A DNA stretch of 64,000 nucleotides from an uncultured delta proteobacterium (GTDB taxonomy: Bacteria > Myxococcota_A > Polyangia > Polyangiales > Polyangiaceae). This document shows, piece after piece, positions 45,604 to 59,477 of the stretch; the stretch's first letter is position 1, and every line of letters begins with the position of its first letter. The position numbers were made by a program, and so were the translations under genes. The notes below the pieces were generated by a model. It ran no database searches and had not been told where the DNA came from. It was given only the letters and a program-made list of their open reading frames with translations. The DNA is taken from assembly GCA_963806225.1 (NCBI GenBank), contig CAWDXG010000004.1:2976001-3040000 (forward strand), given 5' to 3'.

Positions 45604-48003
45604 CTAGCTCCGGTACGATCTGCGGCGCAGTGCGATGACGCCCAGACCGAGGACAATGAACCAGGCGTCTCTGCTTCGTCCGCTTCCACCGGATACACGG
45701 CAGCCGCAGCCGCCCTTGGCATTGGAGTTCGCGCTGCCCGAGCCTCCGCTGGGCGTGCCGCCATCAGCCGGTGTCCCGCCGCTTCCGCCGGTCGTTGCGC
45801 CCGCGCTTCCCCCGGCGCCCGCGGTGCCCGCGCTCCCCGCCGCGCCGGCCGTGCCCGTGCCGCCGCTGCCAGCTGCTCCGGAACTGCCCCCCGCGCTGGA
45901 ACCAGCGGTACCGGTGCCTCCCATGCCGCCACTGCCGCCGGAGCCTGTCGAGGCACAGCTGCCCGCCTGGCAGACGCCGCTACCGCTGTTGCAGGACGTG
46001 CCATCCGCCAGAACGCTGCACGTACCTTCGCTACCGGACACGTCGCACGCCTGGCAGTCGTCGGTCTGTCCGCCGCCGCAAGCCGTGTCGCAGCAGACGC
46101 CGTCCGCGCAGTGGCCACTCCTGCAGTCCCCGTCCGCGCTGCAGCTCTGGCCGTTGGCAGCGCCCTGAAGGACATACACGTACGCCGAGCCCTTGTTCGT
46201 GCCGCTACCATGGGCGCCCACCACAGCCGAGGTACCGTCCACGCTCACCGAGTGCCCGAAGTAGGCCAGCGCCGCCCCATCGGAAGCAAGCAGCTTGTGC
46301 TGCTCGGTCCACGTACTTCCGTTGCGCTGGAACACGTACGCCGAGCCGCTGCCGCCACCGTTGTCCTGATCACGCTCGGCACCGACGACAGCCGTGTCTC
46401 CGCTCACGCTCACCGAAGCGCCGAACCAGTCTCCCATGGCGCCGTCGGAGGCGAGCAGCTTCTGTTGCTCGGTCCAGACGGTTCCACTGCGCACGAACGC
46501 GTAGGCCGCTCCGTACTGGCTGTTCTCGAGAATCCGCTCCAACGAGCACGGTGTCGCCGCTCACACCGACGGATACCCCGAACTCATCGCCCGCGGCGCC
46601 ATCCGACGGCAGGAGCTGCTGCTGCTCTGTCCACGTCGTGCCGCTGCGCACGCCGCGCCGCTCTTGGAGCCGACAGCGTTGTGTGTTGCGGCACCGACTA
46701 CCAGGGTGTCCGCGCTCACGCTGACGGAGTTGCCGAAGTTGTCGTCGTAGTAGAAATCGGAAGCTGCGAGCTTCTGTTGCTCGGTCCACGTGGCGCCACT
46801 CCGGACAAACACGTAGGCCGCTCCGCTCCATGCGCGGCCTTGGATGTCCGCGTAGGGAGCGCCGGCCACAGCGGTGTCTCCGTTCAGGCTTACGGACCGT
46901 CCTACGTTCTCGCCGGTTCCGCCGTCGGTGGTGAGGAGCTTCTGTTGCTGGGTCCACGTTCCATTGTTGCGCACAAACACGTAGGCGGCGTTTGCTCCGG
47001 GCGCGCCGAGAAGCGCGGTGTCGCCGTCGGCGCTGACCGAGGCGCCGAAGCCGTCGGTCGAAGAGGCATACGATGCGCTGAGTCCCTGCTGCTTCTTCCA
47101 TACGTTGTTGGTGCGCACGAACACGTAGGCGGAGCCCGTGCCCGGTCCGGCGATGCCGTCGCCCGGCGCGCCGACGAGTGCCGTGTCCCCGCTGACGCTC
47201 ACCGACGTGGCGAACTGGTCGCCGGCCATCCCGTCGGACGCGAGCAACTCCTGCTGCTCTGCCCACACCAGCGGATCGATACGCAACGGATAGCGCGCGT
47301 TCCGGTCATCGACGCTCACCACTATCGCGTTGCCGTCCACGGAAAGCGAGGCCGCGAGCAGCCGGCCTCCAGCATCCCGGGCGAAGAGCTTGCCGTAGCG
47401 AAGCGGCGTGGTGCCGTCCGCAGCGCGTAGGCGGACCTCGCCACCGGCGAGCTCGGGACGCAGGCCACCGCTGATATCCATGCGCAGAAGCAGCGAGCCT
47501 GATGCGATCGGCAGCGGCTTCTCGCGCAGATCAAACCCCTGCTCGATCCCCGCGGGACCGTTCAGGTACCACTCGGAGAGCGTGCCGTACTGCAAGGCGA
47601 CCCGGTTGCGGCCGAACGTGGGCCGAACGGGTGGCAGGGACTCGACCTGCGCCGCGCGTCCCACCTGCGCGAGGCGCAGAGAGAGCGACCAGCCAGTCGC
47701 GCTCGCCGCATCGATGCGCGCTGCACCGCGACGCGTGATCGCGAACTTCAACGCCTGGGCGGGGTTGGAGCCGACCACGGCGCCATCGATTCGCCGATGG
47801 AGGTTGTAGCTGATCGGAGCATCCCGCTGGACGGCCGCCAGACTCGCAGTCTGCGGCGTAGGCGGGAGAGCCGCGACCTGTTGCCGAGCCGGGGCCCTCG
47901 CCGGAGAGGCGACTCCACCGGCAGGCAGCTCGTCGCGCGAGCCGCACGCGACCGTCGTCATGAACAAAAGTAGCCAGAACCGACCAGCGCTCCACTTCAC
48001 CAT
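45604..48003 (-). CDS. FG-GAP 7-bladed beta-propeller surface protein with Cys-rich domain and MYXO-CTERM; frameshifts near 46650 and 46535
   Basis: Seven WxEQQKLxASD..FGxSVSVSGDT..GA..GxAYVF repeats, YPLRIDP, CADGVCCDTAC, C-terminal GGCGC..WFIVLGLGVIALRRR. Confidence 0.88.
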
Positions 48004-48240
48004 GTGCACCCACTTTCCACGAGCAACCCAGCAGAGCACGCCAAAGGACTACATCGGGCCTTGGTGCGTCCAGCGCCTACGTCGTGCATGTGCGTCGCGT
48101 CGCGCTCGACGCGGCGCCGGGATCCGTTTCGGCGCGCGGGGGGCGAAAAAGCCAGCGCGCCCGGCAAAGCGGATGCCTACCGGTCCTCCAGAGAAGTGAA
48201 AGCGCCCAGCGCGGCTACAGCGCCGCCCAGAGACGTGTTG

Positions 48241-48314
48241 CGCGCCCGGCAGGATTCGAACCTGCGACTTCTAGCTCCGGAGGCTAGCGCTCTATCCAGC
48301 TGAGCTACGGGCGC
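48241..48314 (-). tRNA. tRNA-Arg (anticodon CCG), CCA not encoded
   Basis: GCGCCCG acceptor stem, TAGCTCAGCTGGATAGAGC D-arm, CTAGC-CTCCGGA-GCTAG anticodon arm, GGTTCGAATCC T-loop. Confidence 0.97.
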
Positions 48315-48387
48315 AGAACTACAAGGAAAATCCCCGAGAACCGGTTCGGCCGGCGCTTCGAGGACGGGGAGTGTACCCTGAGCCGCG

Positions 48388-49158
48388 ATGCATATCACGC
48401 CGGTTCCGTGTCTGAGAGACAACTATGCCTACCTGATCCGGGCCGAGGGGTCGAAACAGGCCCTGGTGGTCGACCCGAGCGAGGCGCCGCCCGTCCTGGC
48501 GGCTCTGGAGCGGGAGGGCCTCACGCTGGCGGGGATCCTCAACACCCACCACCACTGGGATCACGTCGGCGGCAACAGCGACCTGGTCCAGCACTTCGGC
48601 AAGCTCCCGGTCTACGGCCATGCCTCGGACAAGGGTCGCATCGCCGAGCAGAGCGAGCTGCTCGAGCACGGCGACGAGTTCGACGCCGCCGGACTGCACT
48701 TCTCGATCATGCACATTCCGGGACACACGCTCGGCGCTGTCGCCTACATCACCGATCACGCGGTGTTCACGGGCGACACGCTGTTCGCGGCCGGCTGCGG
48801 CCGGCTCTTCGAGGGCACGCCCGCGCAGATGTACGAATCGCTCAACGTCAAGCTCGGTTCGCTCCCGGACGACACGCTCGTCTACTGCGGACACGAATAC
48901 ACGCAGAACAACCTGCGCTTCGCCGAGCACATCGAGCCGGGCAACCAGGCGATGCGCGACAAGGCCGCGAAGGTGGCGGAGCTGCGCTCGCGCGGGGAAC
49001 CGACCGTACCGTCGACGATTGGCGAGGAACGGAAGACCAATCCGTTCATGCGCTGCGACAGCGCCGCGATCATCGAGAAGGTCGCGGCCCACCTGTCAGG
49101 CGATCGGAGCCCAGCAGCCGTACTCGGTGCGGTGAGGGCTGCCAAGGACGCGTTCTAG
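48388..49158 (+). CDS. gloB: Hydroxyacylglutathione hydrolase (glyoxalase II)
   Basis: DNYAY, THHHWDHVGG, PGHT, FTGDTLF..GCGRLFEG, CGHEYT, EERKTNPF. Confidence 0.95.
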   Translation: MHITPVPCLRDNYAYLIRAEGSKQALVVDPSEAPPVLAALEREGLTLAGILNTHHHWDHVGGNSDLVQHFGKLPVYGHASDKGRIAEQSELLEHGDEFDAAGLHFSIMHIPGHTLGAVAYITDHAVFTGDTLFAAGCGRLFEGTPAQMYESLNVKLGSLPDDTLVYCGHEYTQNNLRFAEHIEPGNQAMRDKAAKVAELRSRGEPTVPSTIGEERKTNPFMRCDSAAIIEKVAAHLSGDRSPAAVLGAVRAAKDAF

Positions 49159-49161
49159 CGC

Positions 49162-50169
49162 ATGCGGGCGCTCGTCCTGGCCGCGCTGCTCGTCGCGGGC
49201 TGCGACGGTTGCGCGCATCACGCTCCGCCCACCGCCCACGCCTCGACGAGCAGCCCGTCCATCGCCGCTGCGCCGTCCGTTTCCGCTTCGGGCAGAAGGG
49301 CCCCATCGCCCGCAAAGCCTGTTCCCGCCCGCGAGCTGACCTGGGTCTACCGGAACAATGCGGTCGGCCCGATGCAGGTCGTGGTGTCGATTCCGGCGCA
49401 TCGCCCCGACCAGAAATTCCCCGTGCTGGTCGCGCTGCACGGCCGGGGCGAGGCGTTCAAGGGCGCGGCACGCGGCGCGCGGGGCTGGGTCGAGGACTAC
49501 CGGATGCCCGAGGCCATCGAACGGCTGCGCCATCCGCCGCTCACCGACCAGGATTTCGGTGGCATGTCCGACCCGGCACGCCTCGCGCGCATCAACACGA
49601 GCCTCGCGAAGCAGCCGTACCGGGGGCTCATTGTCGTCTGCCCCTACACGCCGGATATCCTCGCCGGGGACCGTCCGTTCTCCGCCGCGAAGCCGCTGTC
49701 CCACTTCGTGGTCGACGAGCTGCTCCCACGCGTCTACCGCGAGACCCCCGCGATCGGAACGCAGGCGAGCACGGGTATCGATGGCGTAAGCCTCGGCGGG
49801 CGCGCCTCGCTCCTGGTCGGGTTCATGCGTCCAGACGCATTCCACGTGGTGGCGTCGCTGCAGGCGGCTTTCGATGCGGCGGAAGCCCCCGCGCTGATCC
49901 GGTTGGCGGACAAGGCCCGCCAGGAGAACCCGGGGCTTGTGATCCGCCTGCTGACGAGCAGCCACGACTTCTTCCGCGAGGACAACTACGAGATCGCCCA
50001 CGAGATGACGCGCGCGGGGATCCCCCACGAGCTGGTGGAAGTACGCGGGACGCACAGCTACCAGTTCAATCGCGGCCCGGGCGTCTACGAGATGCTCCTG
50101 TTCCACGACCGCACCCTGCGCGGTGAGCCGGCGCTCGACAGCCGGCACGACGGAGGGCGCGCCCGCTAG
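49162..50169 (+). CDS. Alpha/beta-hydrolase (esterase-like) lipoprotein
   Basis: Lipobox VAGC; PVLVALHG, nucleophile elbow GVSLGG, GTHSY. Confidence 0.8.
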   Translation: MRALVLAALLVAGCDGCAHHAPPTAHASTSSPSIAAAPSVSASGRRAPSPAKPVPARELTWVYRNNAVGPMQVVVSIPAHRPDQKFPVLVALHGRGEAFKGAARGARGWVEDYRMPEAIERLRHPPLTDQDFGGMSDPARLARINTSLAKQPYRGLIVVCPYTPDILAGDRPFSAAKPLSHFVVDELLPRVYRETPAIGTQASTGIDGVSLGGRASLLVGFMRPDAFHVVASLQAAFDAAEAPALIRLADKARQENPGLVIRLLTSSHDFFREDNYEIAHEMTRAGIPHELVEVRGTHSYQFNRGPGVYEMLLFHDRTLRGEPALDSRHDGGRAR

Positions 50170-50516
50170 TCGAAGCCTTCGGCGCCCAGAAGCTCGACCA
50201 ACGCGCGCAGCACCGAACCCGACTGGTGCTCGAAACGCAACCCGATACGCCGCGTCCGGGCCTCGGGCAGATCGCGATTCCACACGATGCGCCCGTCGAG
50301 TCTGAGCGGGTCCCAGAGGTGCGGAGCCATCACCTCGAGCTCCACCCGGTCGCCCGAGAGCCGCCCGCCGGCCGCGCCCGAGAGCTCCACGCATGCTCCG
50401 CCGAGCCCAAGATCCACGAGCCTCGCGGGGAGCTCGATGCCGCCGTCCGCCCGGAGCGTGGCCCGCAGATTGATGGATCGACGGGCTAGCGAACGGAAAT
50501 GGTCGCGGGCCGCCAT
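50166..50516 (-). CDS. Stand-alone PilZ domain protein
   Basis: RSLAR (RxxxR), DLGLGG, GRIVW, GLRF. Confidence 0.82.
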   Translation of the reverse strand: MAARDHFRSLARRSINLRATLRADGGIELPARLVDLGLGGACVELSGAAGGRLSGDRVELEVMAPHLWDPLRLDGRIVWNRDLPEARTRRIGLRFEHQSGSVLRALVELLGAEGFD

Positions 50517-50717
50517 GGTGGGGAAACGCCACGTTAACACGGCGCATCGCCCCCGGACCCGGGTCACGACCCGCGGCTCGAAGGCGAGGAACCGGCCCGC
50601 GGGCCCTTCCCGAGGTTGCGGGGCACTGAACTACTTGGGTATATCCCGACCCCTCCGCTACGATAGCTCGCCTATAACCGGCACACGCACAGGCGACAGC
50701 TCGGGAGCTGACAGCTA

Positions 50718-52194
50718 ATGGCCCAGGATACGCGAAAAGATCCGCGCGCAAAGGTGCTCACGATGACGGTCCGCTACAAGAGCGCGACCCTCGACGAGTT
50801 CATCGAGCACCACTCCCACGACGTCAGTCGCGGTGGAATGTTCATCAAGACCCCCTCGCCGTTCCCGCCCGGCACGCTCCTCAAGTTCGAGGTGAAGATC
50901 GCCGAGGACCAGAAGGTGATGCAGGGCGTCGGACGCGTCGTGTGGAAACGGGAGTCCTCCGAGGCGGACAGCGACGAACGACCGGCAGGCATGGGCGTCA
51001 AGTTCATCAAGATCGATGGCGAATCGAAGAGCCTCATCGATCAGCTGGTGACGACCCGGGGTGAAGGCGACAGCGCCTTCGAAGAAGGCCAGGAGGGCGG
51101 CGCAGCCGCCACGCCGGCAGCAGCTGCCCCCTCGGAAAAGCCGGCTGCTTCCTCGAAGCCAGCAGAATCCGAGAAGCCCGCTGCAAAACCGGCGGAGTCC
51201 GTCAAGCCGGCTGCCGAGAAGAAATCCGGGGGCCCCATCCGCAAGGCGACCATGATCGGCCTGGGTGCGATTGGCACAAGCCAGCCGCCCGAGGGCAAGA
51301 AGGACGAAGAGCCGGAAGAAGAGAAGGAGCCGGAAGCCGAGAAGCAAGGAGAGTCCTTCTTCCCCAAGACGGAATCGGAGCAGGAGATGCCTCCGCCCGA
51401 AGACCGCACCGTGATGAAGCAGGCGGCCGAGCTGCTGGAGGATGCGCTGAAGGAAGCCGGCGGTTCGATGGACGAGGTTGGCGAGCAAAAGAAGGCAGAG
51501 CCCGCCGAGGAGAAGAAGGAAGAAAAGAAGGCGGACAAGCCCGCCGAAGAGAAGAAGGAAGAAAAGGGAGCCGAGAAGAAGGAAGAAAAGGGAGCCGAGA
51601 AGAAGGAAGAAAAGGCTCCGGAGTCGACCTCGCAAGAAGCCCGCCGAGCAGAAGCCCGAGCGCAAGCCCGCGGCCGCCGTTGCGCCACCCGCCGAGAAGC
51701 AGGAGGGCGGCGGAGGCAAGATGGTCTGGCTGCTACTGGGTGTAGTGGTCGTCGCCACCGCGCTGTTTTTCCTGACCAGGCCGAAGACGCCCCCTGCTAC
51801 CGAGCCGACCGCCGAGCCCAGCGCCGAGATGCCCACCGAGCCGGTCGCAACCGAAACGGCTAGCGCGGAAGAAGAGGCAGACGCAGCTCCCGCCGAAGAA
51901 GACGCTGCCGCGGAGACCCAGGCAGCGCCTTCGGCCTCGGCCTCGGCCCCGGCGTCGGCCACTGCCGCGCCGGCTCCTACGCCGACTCCCGCGCCGAAGC
52001 CGCAACCCAAGCCCAAGCCCGTCGCCGTGAAGCCGAAGCCGAAGCCGAAGCCGAAGCCGCAACCCAAGCCCAAGCCCACCGCGACGGCCGCGCCCAAGCC
52101 CACCGCGACGGCCGCGCCCAAGCCCACCGCGACGGCCGCGCCCAAGCCCAAGCCCAAGCCGACGACCACTGCGCCGAGCGACAACCCGTACTGA
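50718..52194 (+). CDS. TIGR02266-type PilZ protein with a charged linker, TM helix and Pro/Lys-rich tail (frameshift near 51625)
   Basis: RKDPR, DVSRGGMFIKT, GVGRVVW, GMGVKF; TM MVWLLLGVVVVATALFF in frame 51478. Confidence 0.82.
52069..52140 (+). repeat. 24-bp tandem repeat x3 (PKPTATAA)
   Basis: CCCAAGCCCACCGCGACGGCCGCG at 52069, 52093 and 52117. Confidence 0.92.
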
Positions 52195-52305
52195 TCGCCA
52201 GCTTCCGGGCCGGAAGGCGCCCACGTCGGTCCGCCGGGGTGGCGAAATCCGCATTGCCTACGCAGAGCTAGAACGTGCAGGCGCGTCCGGCCGCGGGCAG
52301 CTAGA

Positions 52306-54560
<2,255 letters not shown>

Positions 54561-54596
54561 GATCGCTGGACCGCGGCAAGCCGGACGTTCGCTAGC

Positions 54597-55829
54597 ATGC
54601 CGGCGATGCCACGGCGGAACCTGCTCGCCTCCAGAGCCTTCTGGCCCTCCATCGGTGCCTTGGCGCTGCTTGCGGCGTGTTCGGGAAGCGGACCCACGGC
54701 AGGTCCGTCCGACGCCGGCTACGGTGGAATGGGCGCCGCGGACGGGGGGAACACGGGCGGCTCGAGCGGCACTGGAGGCGCGTCGAGCGGCGGCGCAGGC
54801 GGCACGTCCGCTGCCGGCGGAACAGGCGGCGTCGCGGGCGCCGGTGGCGGCGCAGGTGCGACAAGCCAGGCTTTCGTAAGCCCGAGCGGCACCAGCTTCG
54901 TCCAGAACGGGCAGGACTACAGCTTCGTGGGAGCCAACCTACGCGGCATCACCGACTACGGGCACGGCGACGCCCTGCCCTATGCGGACGCGGGCCAGAT
55001 CGAGCTGAGTCTGTCGGCGGTGCAGGGCATGAACGGCAAGGTGATCCGCGCCTTCACCGCCTACAAGGGCATCGATGCCCAGACAACCGGCGATCGACTC
55101 GGCGCAGTGCTCGACGCGGCGGAGAGCCACGGCATCACCGTCATCGTCGTGCTGACGGATTTCTACGCGACGGACTTCCATCCGCAAGGCGACGACGGCT
55201 TCTACGCCAACGACCTCAACGGCTACACCGTACTCGACCATGACTTCTTCGCGAGCGGATACCAGCAGAACTACAAGCCCGAGGTGCAGGCGCTGGTCTC
55301 CCGCTTCAAGGACCATCCGGCGATCTTCTCCTGGGAGCTCGGCAACGAGATCCGCGACGCGACGTTCTCCAACTCGAGCGCCGACACGTTCATCGCGTTC
55401 TGCAAGGACATGGCCTCGAGCATCCACGCAGTCGATTCGAACCACATGATCTCGGTGGGCGAGATCAGCGCGCTCGGCGGCATGAGCCAAGCCCAGGCCC
55501 AGCAGCTCTACGGGGATCCGGATATCTCGTTCCTCACCATCCGCAGCTACGACGGCGGCACCACCGACGACACGGGCCTCGCCCAGAGCCTGGGCAAGCC
55601 GATCATCGTGGAGGAAGCCGGCTACCAGTCGGGCGACCGCCCCACGGAGCTCGGCGCGGATCTCTCGAAGTGGTTCGGCAGGGGCGTACGCGGCTATCTG
55701 CAGTGGGGCTACGTCGCCGCCACCAGCGACAACGGCGATGGCGACAAGATGTACGGCATGGACCGCATCTTCCACGCCGACTGGGACGGCCTGTACGCCA
55801 CATACAAGGGTTTCGGCCAGAAGCTCTGA
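54597..55829 (+). CDS. Glycoside hydrolase family 5 (mannanase/cellulase-like) lipoprotein
   Basis: Lipobox LAAC, Gly linker, FVGAN, WELGNE (acid/base), IVEEAG (nucleophile), LQW. Confidence 0.85.
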   Translation: MPAMPRRNLLASRAFWPSIGALALLAACSGSGPTAGPSDAGYGGMGAADGGNTGGSSGTGGASSGGAGGTSAAGGTGGVAGAGGGAGATSQAFVSPSGTSFVQNGQDYSFVGANLRGITDYGHGDALPYADAGQIELSLSAVQGMNGKVIRAFTAYKGIDAQTTGDRLGAVLDAAESHGITVIVVLTDFYATDFHPQGDDGFYANDLNGYTVLDHDFFASGYQQNYKPEVQALVSRFKDHPAIFSWELGNEIRDATFSNSSADTFIAFCKDMASSIHAVDSNHMISVGEISALGGMSQAQAQQLYGDPDISFLTIRSYDGGTTDDTGLAQSLGKPIIVEEAGYQSGDRPTELGADLSKWFGRGVRGYLQWGYVAATSDNGDGDKMYGMDRIFHADWDGLYATYKGFGQKL

Positions 55830-55900
55830 GGCCTGCTGCCCCGGATCGCGGACCGGCCCGAACCGGCCGAGGGCAGCGCCGCATGCTAGAACGGCTCGCG

Positions 55901-56725
<825 letters not shown>

Positions 56726-56731
56726 CGGCGC

Positions 56732-57940
56732 TCAGCGGTACTTCTTGAGCTCCAGCCGCGCCACCATGCCGCGGTGCACCTCGTCAGGTCCGTCGGCAAG
56801 CCGCAGCACGCGCGCCATGGCCATCAGCCGCGCCAGCTCCGCGTCGGCGACACCCTCGCCGCCGTGGATCTGTATGGTGGCGTCCACCACCTGCTGCAGC
56901 ACATTCGGCGCGATGACCTTGATCGCCGAGATATCCGTGAGTGCGCCGAAGGTGCCGTACTGATCGAGCGCCCAGGCTGCCTTCAGCGTGAGCAGGCGCG
57001 CCTGGTCGATCGCCATGCGACAGTTGGCGATGATGTCGCGGTTGCCACCCAGGTTCGCCAGCGGTTTGCCGAACGCGACACGACCCATGGCGCGCTGGCA
57101 CAGCCGCTCGAGCGCGCGCTCCGCCGCGCCGATGCAGCGCATGCAGTGGTGGATGCGACCAGGGCCGAGGCGCCCCTGCGCGATTTCGAAGCCGCGCCCC
57201 GGGCCCGCGATCATGTTCGACAGCGGCACCCGCACGTCCTTGAACACGACTTCGCCATGGCCGTGCGGCTCATCGAGATGGCCGAACACCGGGAGCATGC
57301 GCACAATATCCACGCCGGGCGCGTCGATCGGCACGATGACCATGGAGTGCCGTTGATGACGCTCGGCATCCGGGTCCGTCACGCCCATGAAGATCAGGAA
57401 GCGGCAGCGCGGGTCGCCCGCCCCGCTCGTCCACCACTTCTGGCCGTTGATGACGACTTCATCGCGCTCGGCAACGCAGGTCGCCTGCATGTTGGTCGCG
57501 TCGCTCGACGCAACCGCCGGCTCCGTCATCGCAAAACCGGAGCGTATCTCGCCGTTCAGTAGCGGGTGCAGCCACTGCTTCTTCTGCTCGTCGCTGCCGT
57601 AGCGATACAGGACTTCCGCGTTGCCCGTGTCGGGCGCACTGCAGTTGAATACCTCCGGAGCGATCATGCTGCGACCCATGATCTCGGCGAGCGGAGCATA
57701 GTCGCGATTGTCGAGCCCGGCGCCGATCTCGCTATCGGGCAGAAACAGGTTCCACAACCCGAGTTCCCTGGCTTCGGCCTTGAGCTTCTCCATCACAGAG
57801 GGGATGCGCCACTTCCTGAAGTCGTCCGTATGCACGAGCTCGTCGAAGTACTTCGGCTCGCTGGGCAGCACGCGTTCCTTCATGAAGCGTTCAAGCGTCG
57901 ACATGTGGTCGCGCGCGCGTTCGGAATGCTCGAAGTCCAT
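56732..57940 (-). CDS. Acyl-CoA dehydrogenase family protein
   Basis: [57 protein letters not shown]. Confidence 0.95.
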   Translation of the reverse strand: MDFEHSERARDHMSTLERFMKERVLPSEPKYFDELVHTDDFRKWRIPSVMEKLKAEARELGLWNLFLPDSEIGAGLDNRDYAPLAEIMGRSMIAPEVFNCSAPDTGNAEVLYRYGSDEQKKQWLHPLLNGEIRSGFAMTEPAVASSDATNMQATCVAERDEVVINGQKWWTSGAGDPRCRFLIFMGVTDPDAERHQRHSMVIVPIDAPGVDIVRMLPVFGHLDEPHGHGEVVFKDVRVPLSNMIAGPGRGFEIAQGRLGPGRIHHCMRCIGAAERALERLCQRAMGRVAFGKPLANLGGNRDIIANCRMAIDQARLLTLKAAWALDQYGTFGALTDISAIKVIAPNVLQQVVDATIQIHGGEGVADAELARLMAMARVLRLADGPDEVHRGMVARLELKKYR

Positions 57941-57990
57941 GACTGCTCCTTTTGTGGGCCTGTCGTAGCACCGCTTCGGCCGGTAGTCGT

Positions 57991-59367
57991 CTAGCCGGCC
58001 ACCACCTTGCGCGGAAGCTGCGTCCCTTCGAGCACACGCCCCTTCGAATCGGGCTTGTGGTCGATCAAGAACCAGGTGCGCATCCGCCCTTTGCCCTTGA
58101 CCTCGATCTCGCCACGCGGCTCGAAATCGTACAGATCCTGGAGGAGCTTGTAGGTGTCTTCCGTGACCTGGATGTTGCCGGGCTTGGAGTGGGACTCCAT
58201 GCGGCTGGCGGTGTTTACCGTGTCGCCCCAGACGTCGTAGATGAACTTGCGCTTTCCGATCACGCCGGCCACGACAGGTCCAGTGTGGATACCGATGCGG
58301 ATGTCGAGGCTGTCGTGGAATTCGCGGCTGAATACCGCGGCGCGGCGGCGCATGGCGAGCGCCATCTCGGCGATCGCGTTGGCATGATCGTACTCGTGAC
58401 TGTGCAGCCCGCCGGCGACCATGTAGGCGTCACCGATGGTCTTTATCTTCTCGAGGTGGAGCTTGTCCACCAGGTCGTCAAAGCTCGAGAAGATGCGGTT
58501 CAGGCGTCCCACCAGCTCCTCGGGCTGGAGTCGCGCGGACATCCTGGTGAAGCCGACGATATCGGCGAACAGCACCGACACCTGCGCGAAGCCGTCGGCG
58601 ATAGCGCTCTGTCCGGACTTGAGGCGGTCCGCGATGCTCGGCGGCAGGACGTTCAACAGAAGCTCCTCGGAGCGGGCCTTCTCCTTTCCCAGCGCCTCGA
58701 CCTGCCGCTGGATCACCCGCCGCTGCAGGAAGCTCTCCCTGTCCTTGCGGTCGAGCTGGTAGGCAAGAAGAGCTCCGATGCCTCCGAGGGACAGCAGCGT
58801 GACGCTGATCGAGATGCGGATCGAGAGCGGACTACCGGAGTACAGGGCAGCCAGCAGGTTGAATGTGAACATGGTGAGCGCCGTGTAGGCCACCTGTGTG
58901 GACACGCTCATGCGCGCCACGAAGGGGCCGAGCGTCACGAACAGCACCGAATACGAGGTGTACAGGTAGAAACCGTACAGCGGCGAAAGCACGCCGATGT
59001 ACAACACCACGACGTTCGCCGCCATGCCGTACAGGAGCATCGCTGCCTGCCCCCAGCGGGCCAGATGACGCGAGCCGACCAAGGCGAGCACCAGCGCGGC
59101 CGTGGGCAGGAAGATGCCGTATCGCACCGCCCACGCGCGGAGGTGGACCGACGGCACGACCAGCCAGTCGTGAACGCCGTACGCGAGGAAGACGACCGAG
59201 GCGATCGTCAAACTGAAACGCAGATAGCGCCGGAGCCCGGGCAGCGCGTCGCGGCGGTAGGCGGCTTCCAGAGCGCGATCGACGAGCTCGCCGCGGTAGT
59301 CGATACGCGGCGGGGCCTCTGGCTCGAGGTCGCCCGAGCTGCCTTCCGTTGTAGGTCCGGCATCCAT
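57991..59367 (-). CDS. Membrane class III adenylate/guanylate cyclase (probably adenylate-specific)
   Basis: About 6 TM helices, [47 protein letters not shown]. Confidence 0.93.
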   Translation of the reverse strand: MDAGPTTEGSSGDLEPEAPPRIDYRGELVDRALEAAYRRDALPGLRRYLRFSLTIASVVFLAYGVHDWLVVPSVHLRAWAVRYGIFLPTAALVLALVGSRHLARWGQAAMLLYGMAANVVVLYIGVLSPLYGFYLYTSYSVLFVTLGPFVARMSVSTQVAYTALTMFTFNLLAALYSGSPLSIRISISVTLLSLGGIGALLAYQLDRKDRESFLQRRVIQRQVEALGKEKARSEELLLNVLPPSIADRLKSGQSAIADGFAQVSVLFADIVGFTRMSARLQPEELVGRLNRIFSSFDDLVDKLHLEKIKTIGDAYMVAGGLHSHEYDHANAIAEMALAMRRRAAVFSREFHDSLDIRIGIHTGPVVAGVIGKRKFIYDVWGDTVNTASRMESHSKPGNIQVTEDTYKLLQDLYDFEPRGEIEVKGKGRMRTWFLIDHKPDSKGRVLEGTQLPRKVVAG

Positions 59368-59477
59368 GTTCCCGCTCCCGCTGGTGCCAGGCCACGGTAG
59401 CAGACTCGCCGTCGTCGTCACGCTACCGATGCCTGCTTCCAGAGCCCCGGGGCGTAACGGTTGTCGCGCTCCCACCG

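Noticed and set aside
48200..48314. Integrative element at tRNA-Arg
   Set aside because: No integrase, transposase or duplicated tRNA 3' end seen in the window.
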